Translations under genes and position numbers: made by a program | The notes under the pieces: model-generated | Told to the model about the DNA's origin: nothing | What the model saw: only the letters and a program-made list of their open reading frames with translations | Databases searched by the model: none | Part shown: one piece after another, positions 8,988-17,183 of the stretch | Position numbering within the stretch: the first letter of the stretch is position 1 | Layout of the letters: each line of letters begins with the position of its first letter | Virus record (IMG/VR): IMGVR_UViG_3300032272_000008 | Span: 8,928-72,927 of that record | Source: a virus | Taxonomy: Duplodnaviria > Caudoviricetes | Strand: one strand, 5' to 3' | Length of the DNA: 64,000 nt

Positions 8988-10505
8988 TTAGATGCCCCAG
9001 GTATCTATGTTGGGATCATCGTGATCGTAATCTGCCGCAGGGTTCTCACGCTTCTGGCGAAGCTGGATGCGGAATTCTTCGACGGCTCGCTCGTCTTCTT
9101 CATGACCAAGGCGTTGCAGTTCCTCTTGATACCGTTCTTCTGCGATGCGCTTGGCTTCTGCTTCGATGGCGCGCTGTTTGTATTCACGCGCTTCAGCTTG
9201 TCGAGCGTCTTCGATTGCAAGATTTTCAGCAATCTCCTTGGCCGCTAATGCGTCAGCTTCATCTCGGCGCTCCACCTCTTCTCGGACTTCAGCTGCAACG
9301 AATTCCGCTTCAATCCTATCTGCGGCTGCCTGCGCGTCTTCCGTGTCGGCGTCGTAGCAGGTACATTCGTCGATATACTCGCCGCAGTCGGAGCAGTCAT
9401 CTTCGTAATCTTGGTAATCTTCGTAATCTTTCTCGTCCAATTGCTCTGCGGAGTTGGCGGGAGTTTCAGTTGCCAATTCAGTTTCGAAGCCTCCGCCAAG
9501 GTCATAGAGAGGTTTCATTCCCTCCGTTGGCAGAGGACTTCTTGAGACAGGATCATCAAGAATCATCATTGGTTCTGGGACAGGACCGTAGTCGTCATTG
9601 AACTCGTCGTCCATGACGATCGTGTGTGTGGTCTCAGGTGCCTGGAAAGCAGAGATGCCCACAGTGCCGCCAGTGATCAATGGAGTGCCCTTGAAGAAGT
9701 CTTTGCACTCTTCCTGCGGAACTTCACCGATGACTTTGTATTCGCACGCACGGCCTTTCTGATAGTTGTAGTCGCGAGGAATGGCACACACATTCATTGG
9801 GTCGATTTCGACCACAACAACTTTGTTCTCTCCGCCACTGCCATAGTGGCTCAGGTATTCAAAGCCACAGAAATGAAGGCCGTTGCTGCACTCTCTGTCA
9901 CGGTCACTGTCAACCGCTGCCCGTTCCATCTTGACGACGAGACCAGGGGCGTTGCTGATCTTGGTGCCGCCAGGACCCTGGTGGATCGACGTGTAGTCAC
10001 CAGCCACTTTCTTGAACGCAATCAGGTTGCCTTCGGAAGTGATTGGAAGCTGTGCGCCTTCCATCCATTCGAACAGTTCTGCGCCGATGTCTGTCTTTGG
10101 GTTCAGCATGATCTTGTTCATGAACTTGGCAAGCGGAGCCACGTCGAGACCTTGGTGAAGGTGCTGCATGATGCGCTCTGCGACGAGGTTGTGGACAGGC
10201 TGGTCGGCATACAGGACACCTTTGTCTGTGACCTTGACGAGACCTTCGGTCAGGCGAGTGATGTACGCGGGGATGTCCAGCAAGTCACGCAGCTTGGAGA
10301 CAGCTTTCTCAATGCGTTGATCTCTGGTGCCATACAGTTGGCGAGCGACGAAGCCCAGCTCTGGTGCAGAGTGCATTTTGTCAATGTCCGTGAGGACTTT
10401 CCTCACTCGGAGGAAATTGATATGTGAAGAAGGAATTATCCGCATGCGGCCTTCGAAGAAGATGCTGATGGATTTGGGAGTGATCGATGCTGGAACTCGG
10501 GTCAT
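8988..10505 (-). CDS. rIIB: rIIB-like protein with long acidic C-terminal extension
   Basis: LPITSEGNLIAFKKV, CSNGLHFC, EIDPMNVCAIPRDYNYQKGRACEYKV; adjacent to rIIA. Confidence 0.9.
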   Translation of the reverse strand: MTRVPASITPKSISIFFEGRMRIIPSSHINFLRVRKVLTDIDKMHSAPELGFVARQLYGTRDQRIEKAVSKLRDLLDIPAYITRLTEGLVKVTDKGVLYADQPVHNLVAERIMQHLHQGLDVAPLAKFMNKIMLNPKTDIGAELFEWMEGAQLPITSEGNLIAFKKVAGDYTSIHQGPGGTKISNAPGLVVKMERAAVDSDRDRECSNGLHFCGFEYLSHYGSGGENKVVVVEIDPMNVCAIPRDYNYQKGRACEYKVIGEVPQEECKDFFKGTPLITGGTVGISAFQAPETTHTIVMDDEFNDDYGPVPEPMMILDDPVSRSPLPTEGMKPLYDLGGGFETELATETPANSAEQLDEKDYEDYQDYEDDCSDCGEYIDECTCYDADTEDAQAAADRIEAEFVAAEVREEVERRDEADALAAKEIAENLAIEDARQAEAREYKQRAIEAEAKRIAEERYQEELQRLGHEEDERAVEEFRIQLRQKRENPAADYDHDDPNIDTWGI

Positions 10506-10591
10506 GATGGTCCTTTCATTGGGTTGTTCTATTCTCTGACACTCTTGTACGAGCGTACCGGGCCGGTGTCTACTTTTAAATAGACGCTTGG

Positions 10592-12823
10592 TTAACTGGC
10601 CCGATCAACTGTCTCGATATACTCAGCCATATGAGACAGCTTATCTCCCTCGACCTTCTTCACGCCACCATAATACTTCTTCGTCAGATCCATGTACTGA
10701 AGCATCGGATAGCGGCTTACCACTTCTTCCCATGCTTTCTCTTTCGTTTCTTCGCTGATAATCTTTGCAAAGCACGCCCGTTCGGCTTCATTCATCAAAA
10801 CAGGAACGTTCAGCTGTTCTGCCAATCGTCTCAGATTATTGACATTGCCTTCACGAGCAAGTTTTCGCTCGATGATTTTCAACTTGATAGTCGCCTCACG
10901 AAGCGCACCACGATGTGTCGGAAGGACACCTTTCTGGATCAGTGCACCACATAGTTCATGTATGTGCGTTTCGCCAGTAAATTCTCCCTTCTCATTCAAC
11001 AGCATGATCAGTTCCGGTGTCATCCGTGACTCGACAACTTCCTGCAAGATAGGACGCAGTCTCTGCCATTTACCACCGGCTCGCTCAATTTTCTTACGAT
11101 GCGTCGCAGGGATCTGAACAATCTTCGTGTCCGCATCGATCTTTCCTACTGCAAGCAGGAAGGCGTGTGCCTGGGCAAAATCATAATCGGACCACATGTA
11201 GTTGAAGTCATTCATTCGGCCACGTGTCGTCTCAATGTAGAGCACGTTGTCATCGTCTGACGAGATGTCAGAAGAAATCCAGTTCATGCTGCTCGGCCCC
11301 GTTATGTGGGCTTCCTTGCATTTCACCGTGGCACGTGTGTACTGTGCCCGCGCTTCCTTCGGAGCTTCTGGCAGCTCAGACACGATGTGCAGCGCACCTT
11401 TATCAGGGCGACCAGCCATGATCATGAAACGTGCTGCTTGACTTGTGTTTGCGTCACACTTCACCCAGACGCAACGCTTGGTGCCGAAGTTGTTTCCGAC
11501 TACGTGGTTGTGACGGAAGTGGTGTGCGATGTTCAAGCCGCGACCACGTGTGTTTTTGCCGTCACCGACGATGTCCAAGTAGATGATGTCTTTGCCAGGA
11601 CGTAGAAAAGCAGTACCGTTATGCGCCCACTTGCCGTCCCAGGCATTCTTGTGCCGTGCCGTCAGACCATTAATCGACTGGCGATCAGTAACTTGCATCA
11701 CACGGCGACCCAACATCTCGCGTTCTTTTACCCTGAAGTGTATTTCGTCCGTCAATTTCCGGCCTTGGAACTTCAATGTGCTGCCCAAGATTCGCGAGAC
11801 GGTGTCGCTGATTGACTTGTCCGCCATGATCTCTTGGTATTTGGCCGTAGCCTCCCACCGTGTTTTACAACTGTTGAACTCCGCTACGAACTGTTCTGTG
11901 ACCTCTTTATATGCGGAGGCAGCGCGCTTAACAATGTTGGCCTGCGTCTCGGGGTCGTATGAGAGGCCTTCACGTGAGGCTGCGATGTCCACTTCACCGA
12001 TAGGGAAGTCGATGATTGTGTTCGCTTGCAGGATGATCTTTGTTGGCTCATCGCAATCTTTGATCGAGTTCGGATCAATTGGGTAGAGGACGCAGCCTTG
12101 GCGAGCGAACGCTTGTGCGCTTGCATAGCGGTCTGGGTTGACGTAGAAGCTCCAGCCATCACCCGTATAGAGTGTTTCGATGTTGCGCTTCTCTTCAAAA
12201 ATTTCTCGTTCACGATCGGGGACGTCGATGTTTGGTTGCACTGGGAAGCCACGAGCAACCTCGCCAGTTTTCTGGGCGAACTCTCTGACGTCCATTGTGT
12301 CAACCGGGAAGGAGACCTCGACGCCTTGCGGTTCCGTAGACGGTGAGCGATCCATGAGGTCGATACATGGGCAGCGCTCGCGGTCGAGGTAGGCGGAGTA
12401 GACGCGGACTTCGCCGTCCAACCAAACAGTGACCGTGAAAGCGTCCGTATACGCATAAGGACTTTTCGAACCAAGGCCCAACATGCCGACTGCATCATTT
12501 GTTTGTTCCTTTGTGCTTTCGAACACAGTCGAGTACAGCCCCATGACTGTCTCATGTGTCATGGAAATGCCGTAGTCCCGGACTGAGAAGTGTGGTTCGA
12601 ATAGGGATGGAAGGTGGACATCAAACGGGACATCGCTCTTGCCTGCTTCAGCGTGGCTGTCGAAAGCGTTCGACCAAAGCTCACGGATGGCGGCGCGCGG
12701 CTTGTCTGAGTACAGGCCGTCGATGAGGATTTTGAAGGCTTTGCCGCTGGCAGCAATTTTGAATTTAGTTGTTTCAGCGGTGCCGATGGTCTGAACGTCA
12801 CGTTCTTCGATATTCATACGCAT
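10592..12823 (-). CDS. rIIA: rIIA-like protein (GHKL ATPase N-terminus); start set at ATG 12823 after AGGA RBS
   Basis: LYSDKPRAAIRELWSNAFDSH, VRDYGISM, GMLGLGSKSPYAY. Confidence 0.9.
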   Translation of the reverse strand: MRMNIEERDVQTIGTAETTKFKIAASGKAFKILIDGLYSDKPRAAIRELWSNAFDSHAEAGKSDVPFDVHLPSLFEPHFSVRDYGISMTHETVMGLYSTVFESTKEQTNDAVGMLGLGSKSPYAYTDAFTVTVWLDGEVRVYSAYLDRERCPCIDLMDRSPSTEPQGVEVSFPVDTMDVREFAQKTGEVARGFPVQPNIDVPDREREIFEEKRNIETLYTGDGWSFYVNPDRYASAQAFARQGCVLYPIDPNSIKDCDEPTKIILQANTIIDFPIGEVDIAASREGLSYDPETQANIVKRAASAYKEVTEQFVAEFNSCKTRWEATAKYQEIMADKSISDTVSRILGSTLKFQGRKLTDEIHFRVKEREMLGRRVMQVTDRQSINGLTARHKNAWDGKWAHNGTAFLRPGKDIIYLDIVGDGKNTRGRGLNIAHHFRHNHVVGNNFGTKRCVWVKCDANTSQAARFMIMAGRPDKGALHIVSELPEAPKEARAQYTRATVKCKEAHITGPSSMNWISSDISSDDDNVLYIETTRGRMNDFNYMWSDYDFAQAHAFLLAVGKIDADTKIVQIPATHRKKIERAGGKWQRLRPILQEVVESRMTPELIMLLNEKGEFTGETHIHELCGALIQKGVLPTHRGALREATIKLKIIERKLAREGNVNNLRRLAEQLNVPVLMNEAERACFAKIISEETKEKAWEEVVSRYPMLQYMDLTKKYYGGVKKVEGDKLSHMAEYIETVDRAS

Positions 12824-12973
12824 TCTGTTGTTCCTTTTCGGTTGGTCATTCGCGTTTCGTTGAAATGAATATGTCAGAACCTTTCCCCTGACGCAATTCC
12901 TTGATATTGACATAGTTAATAGGACGTGACATTGTAGGCACAACCCTTCCAAAACCTTATAAGGTGTACTTTT
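12824..12973. promoter_or_regulatory. Divergent promoter region
   Basis: AT-rich gap between divergent genes, with TTGACA near 12907. Confidence 0.5.
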
Positions 12974-13951
12974 ATGACAACTCTCGCCCCACATCTCGTT
13001 GTAACGGAACTTGCCGACAGCACGGACTGCGACCGGGTTGTAGATCCTGGAAAATATTCTGTTGTCACGCCTGGAAATGGGCCTAGTGGTGACAATTTCA
13101 TCATAGAAGTGCTGAAGACAACCATTTCCGGCATTAGTGTTGTGATGCAGCGCGCCTTCGCACAGAGCACCAACGGCGTCTATGTACGCTTCTTGAATGC
13201 TGGTGCGTGGACCACCTGGACACAAGCGGGCGGCGCAGCCGCTGCTTCAAGTGTTTTCACCTTCGATCCCGACCTGCTAACCAGATCTATGGCTGCTCCG
13301 AGTTGGTCATCAGCCACAGCGGCTACTACACACCTGGGAGCTATTTTAGATAACTCCAACTTTACAGGTCTTGAAGACGACGCAATTCCTTATCGTGCGC
13401 AACCGAATATTAGACTGCAACCTACAGCAGGTAATTTCAACGGCGGCAACATCTACACCAGAGATATGGGATTGTTTCGAGCGCAGGGTTTCCGTACCCG
13501 TCAGCGATTTGCTGTAGGTGCGACCCTTCAACCGAATCATCGTATTTTTGTTGGACTATCTTCTGGCGGCATTGTTCTGAATAACCCGACAACAAATGAC
13601 AATTTGATCGGATTGTATTTGGACGCTAATGCTGATCCTGATTGGCAAATTCTATCCAACGCTACAGGCACATCCCAAACACCAGTAAACGGTGTAACAG
13701 GATTTACAGCGGTTGCAGGACAGTTCTTAGAGGTTTGTTTCTATTCTGAGGCTGGTGGCGCAGGGATTGAGTATAAGGTTACCAATCTTGCGGACTCAGC
13801 GGAATACTCTGGAGAAATAACTTCGGAACTACCGACTGCAACGCCAGCAAGCGGGGAGTCGCTCAGTTGCACCACTGAGACCAACAACGGCGACCACGCC
13901 TCAAACGTAGCAGAAGCTTTCTTCCACTATTCGATGGCGCAGGCACTTTAA
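12974..13951 (+). CDS. Tail-fibre-related protein with N-terminal knob-like domain
   Basis: GKY...NGP...IIEV...VMQRAF...VYVRFL...WTTWTQ matches the pyocin/tail-fibre knob pattern; beta-rich C-terminus. Confidence 0.55.
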   Translation: MTTLAPHLVVTELADSTDCDRVVDPGKYSVVTPGNGPSGDNFIIEVLKTTISGISVVMQRAFAQSTNGVYVRFLNAGAWTTWTQAGGAAAASSVFTFDPDLLTRSMAAPSWSSATAATTHLGAILDNSNFTGLEDDAIPYRAQPNIRLQPTAGNFNGGNIYTRDMGLFRAQGFRTRQRFAVGATLQPNHRIFVGLSSGGIVLNNPTTNDNLIGLYLDANADPDWQILSNATGTSQTPVNGVTGFTAVAGQFLEVCFYSEAGGAGIEYKVTNLADSAEYSGEITSELPTATPASGESLSCTTETNNGDHASNVAEAFFHYSMAQAL

Positions 13952-13966
13952 TCAAAACAGGATAAG

Positions 13967-14572
13967 GTGATGAAGCCTTCCAACATCATGCCGGAGGGGG
14001 CGAATATGGACCACCCTCCGCGTGAGGACGGGTGGTATATCTATCACAACCCGGTCAATGGTCCAAATGGATCATCGACTGGGTTCTTCTGTCTCTACAG
14101 CTATGCTGCAAAGATGAACGGCGCGCATCGCGCAGTGCAGTTCATGATTGATTTAGGGACTGGCTGTCTGTTTGTTCGGTCAGGGGCGACAGGGTCTTCT
14201 GCATGGACGATGTGGCGGGAAGTTAGCGACCAAACACACATGCAAGTTGTAGAGGACCAGATTGCGTCCATTAACGATTTCATCGACACACACCTTGCCA
14301 ACAACCCAACATCCGTCTATCGATGGCAGTATCAGCGTGCGGTGTGGCAGGTCATGCCGAGAAACGAGTACGAGCATGGTACGTGGCAAAAGCACATTGA
14401 TGATGCACAGATGACCGCTGGACGAAAGCGGCGTATGCGCTTCTATATCCTTGAATCCAACGTAATCCGACGATCGCACGGCCTGACCAAGCGTTTTGAA
14501 AACGAGGTCCTTGGTGCGACGCAAGACCAGAAAGACCACATATGGAAAGTCGCTCCAACGATACGCCTTTAA
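13967..14572 (+). CDS. Knob-like domain fused to a tail-fibre-chaperone-like C-terminus
   Basis: GWY...NGP...AVQF...LFVRSG...WTMWREV; C-terminal IRRSH...LGATQDQKDHIWKVA. Confidence 0.5.
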   Translation: MMKPSNIMPEGANMDHPPREDGWYIYHNPVNGPNGSSTGFFCLYSYAAKMNGAHRAVQFMIDLGTGCLFVRSGATGSSAWTMWREVSDQTHMQVVEDQIASINDFIDTHLANNPTSVYRWQYQRAVWQVMPRNEYEHGTWQKHIDDAQMTAGRKRRMRFYILESNVIRRSHGLTKRFENEVLGATQDQKDHIWKVAPTIRL

Positions 14573-15012
14573 GTGACCTGATCATCCCGTACCAGAACGC
14601 GCATAAGATGTTCGTCCACCTGGATGCTCCATTGGAGGGTTCAGATTCTCCGGTGTATGCGTCCTATGAGTACGCTATTGTTCGGCTTCCTGAACTGGCG
14701 CAGTTTAAGATGTACCACGACAGCTCTACGTTCATCACTGAAGGAATACAGACAGAGACGGGCGATCGACTGGTCGCTCTTTTGATGTGGGTCAATCTGC
14801 TCAACGATTTCTGGGAACGGTGCGGAATCTCAGGCACCTGTCCTCAGTACGTTGCCATGTATCACATCGTTGAAGCACAAAGCTTTCGACACCAGATCTT
14901 GCAAAAACTGGCGAGCACCAAACCTCATCGACGCGCAGGAAAGAAGTCTCAGAAAATCAAAAGTCCAAAGCTTACTTCGGTGGATGCTGGTCGGGCGTTT
15001 GGTTTCCACTAG
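14542..15012 (+). CDS. Hypothetical protein
   Basis: 156-aa ORF overlapping the upstream stop; basic tail. Confidence 0.6.
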   Translation: MESRSNDTPLSDLIIPYQNAHKMFVHLDAPLEGSDSPVYASYEYAIVRLPELAQFKMYHDSSTFITEGIQTETGDRLVALLMWVNLLNDFWERCGISGTCPQYVAMYHIVEAQSFRHQILQKLASTKPHRRAGKKSQKIKSPKLTSVDAGRAFGFH

Positions 15013-15184
15013 GCTTGCAATCGAGCAATGTTCTCTCTGCTACGTACACTGAGAAATATCCCACAGCTGCGACGCAGCCCCATTCCAAAAGCTCAGGAAG
15101 TGACATCGGACCCAACAGAAATGTTCCCACAAGGACGCCTGCAAGACTTGCAATTACCAATGCGATTATAAGGTGCTTCAGCAT
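14972..15184 (-). CDS. Small two-TM membrane protein
   Basis: Two hydrophobic segments; coupled to the holin stop codon. Confidence 0.65.
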   Translation of the reverse strand: MLKHLIIALVIASLAGVLVGTFLLGPMSLPELLEWGCVAAVGYFSVYVAERTLLDCKPSGNQTPDQHPPK

Positions 15185-15591
15185 TATTCTGCCTTGTCGT
15201 CGTGAGTATGGGTTTCTGTTTTACCGTCGTTATTCTTATGAGTGTGCGGTGCGGGGCCGGGGACACTGTTCTTGTAATGGTTGCGGGCGGCTTCAGCTAC
15301 CCAATCGAGAGCCTGTGTTCCGACATAACCACCAATGCCTGCGGCGATCAGTGCCCAATCCGGATTGAGCTTGAGCATGACCTGCGCGATCATGTAACCA
15401 GAGAACCCTGATACAAGTGCGTGTCCGATTAGTAGACCAAATTTAGGAGCCTGACCTGACTTGAGGTAGCTATCCAGGTAGCGCGCAATGCCACCCATAA
15501 TCGCCAGAATTACCCAAGCAAGTTCCGGCCACGATTCAAGAAATCTCATGGTGGGTGCTTTATCAAATGTTGCTGCCACAGCGTTCTGCAT
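15184..15591 (-). CDS. LydA-like phage holin
   Basis: WVILAIMGGIARYL...ALVSGFSGYM...AAGIGGYVGTQAL; about three TM segments and a charged tail. Confidence 0.8.
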   Translation of the reverse strand: MQNAVAATFDKAPTMRFLESWPELAWVILAIMGGIARYLDSYLKSGQAPKFGLLIGHALVSGFSGYMIAQVMLKLNPDWALIAAGIGGYVGTQALDWVAEAARNHYKNSVPGPAPHTHKNNDGKTETHTHDDKAE

Positions 15592-15757
15592 GTGTGAGTT
15601 TCCATATACATCAAATGAGCGGAATTGTATACCCGTCCACCGGTGCGTTAACCTTGATTCTTGTTTCCACTTCCATTTTATGGCGTACCTGTCAACCTAT
15701 AATAACTTGGCACAGAAGCAAAGGAAAAAGTTATGACAAAATCGCGCAGGAGGTCAC

Positions 15758-16045
15758 ATGATACCGACACTTGATTTCGGATCTCGAAAAAGCTATGGTC
15801 CAAACCGTCAACAAGTAGCCAAGAAAGGCCACGTGACGAAGATCATGCAACATCGCAAACAGCTTCTAACCACGACTCAACCGTACGTTCCCTCCGAATT
15901 TGATGATGAAGGAGAGCCCCGACCGCTTCGAATATGCACCGTTTGCGCCGGTTGTGTCCCTGATGACGACCCTGGTGTTGAGACTGAAAACGGATCAGAA
16001 TGTTCCGTCCACAGTGACCCGATGGGGTTCGCTTATGGCCGATAA
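15758..16045 (+). CDS. Hypothetical protein with Zn-ribbon-like Cys motif
   Basis: GGAGG RBS; CTVCAGC...CSVH. Confidence 0.6.
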   Translation: MIPTLDFGSRKSYGPNRQQVAKKGHVTKIMQHRKQLLTTTQPYVPSEFDDEGEPRPLRICTVCAGCVPDDDPGVETENGSECSVHSDPMGFAYGR

Positions 16046-16277
16046 CGTCAAGTGGAACTGGACCAAAATAACCAAAGCTACACTCCCGCCCGACGATCGT
16101 TACTTCATGACATGGTCGGAAGAAGACATACCCCCCGTGGCGGTGTGTCGCACCTACAAATTCGACGGGGGTGATCGCTATATCCTCTATGCCGATGAAC
16201 TTTTGTGCGATGTCGCACCAGAAGGTCCTGTTGGGGCAACCCATTGGGCAGAGTACCCGGAAGGACCTACAGATTGA
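16035..16277 (+). CDS. Hypothetical protein (DUF551-like pattern)
   Basis: W...LPP...ATHWAEYPEGP pattern; start overlaps the upstream stop. Confidence 0.55.
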   Translation: MADNVKWNWTKITKATLPPDDRYFMTWSEEDIPPVAVCRTYKFDGGDRYILYADELLCDVAPEGPVGATHWAEYPEGPTD

Positions 16278-16801
16278 CAACCATCCTCTTGACTGAAGAT
16301 ATGATCGGCTGGGATGACCAGCTGACATTCGGCGACCAGAAGCATGCTTGCTCGTTCGAGAAAGTTTTCGTTGATGCCAACGGTGTCTGGGCTTTTGCCG
16401 GGTCACCTTCAAATGCCTTGCGCGCTATTAAAGGCATCGTGGCGGGAGAATTCTTCACTGAAATTCCCGGCCTCATGGAGTCGGCGGTCGGCGGCGAGAA
16501 TCCGTTTGAGATCTTCCGTATGTGGGAAGGCTTGGACGGCGAGCGTCACATCCGGTACTGGTCGGAAGACAACATCTATGGCTTCACGCCTCCGTTACCG
16601 ATGGCGCTGGGCACAGGTTCCTCTTTTGTTCTCGGTGCGTACTATGGTGCGGAACGGAATGTGACCGTCGCGATGAAGTTGGCAGTCGAGCACGACGCAT
16701 ACTCTGGTGGTGAAGTTCATGTGGACAGCACACTGGCGATGTGGGACAAGCACTTGTTGGCGAAGAAACGCCGCAAGGAAGCTGCGTTGTCTACAGAATA
16801 A
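16274..16801 (+). CDS. HslV/proteasome-beta-like Ntn threonine peptidase
   Basis: TTG start overlapping the upstream TGA gives M-T-T-I (N-terminal Thr); DDQ, EKV, FAGS, LGTGS, DAYSGG. Confidence 0.8.
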   Translation: MTTILLTEDMIGWDDQLTFGDQKHACSFEKVFVDANGVWAFAGSPSNALRAIKGIVAGEFFTEIPGLMESAVGGENPFEIFRMWEGLDGERHIRYWSEDNIYGFTPPLPMALGTGSSFVLGAYYGAERNVTVAMKLAVEHDAYSGGEVHVDSTLAMWDKHLLAKKRRKEAALSTE

Positions 16802-16847
16802 TTCTCCTTATATATCATGACCTTAGCCTGAGAGGTGCGCTTGACTT

Positions 16848-17183
16848 ATGTCTGAAATCTTTTTCTCCACTGTTCCCTTCCCTGGTCTATCCAATGATGA
16901 AGTGATGCTGGAACCTACTTTTTCTGTAGGTGATCCGGTATGGACGTACGCGCGACGAGGTACGTCAACGCCTGAACCGATACTCGGCTTCGTGATGCAT
17001 TCATTCACGATGGAGGGTCACTATCCCCCTGTGAAATATGTCGTGCAACACAACGGTGTGCTGTGTCTTCGGGACAGCTACACGATGGCAAAGAAATTGG
17101 ATGACGTGAAAGTCAAGATGCTGGCCGAGGCCAGTGATCTTCGCGCACGTGAAGCATTGAAGGAATACACTTATGACGACTGA
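16848..17183 (+). CDS. Hypothetical protein
   Basis: GAGG RBS; overlaps the primase start. Confidence 0.65.
   Translation: MSEIFFSTVPFPGLSNDEVMLEPTFSVGDPVWTYARRGTSTPEPILGFVMHSFTMEGHYPPVKYVVQHNGVLCLRDSYTMAKKLDDVKVKMLAEASDLRAREALKEYTYDD

Noticed and set aside
12824-13225. N-terminal extension of rIIA in the ORF track
   Set aside because: Overlaps a divergent gene and promoter; the RBS and homology start at about 12823.
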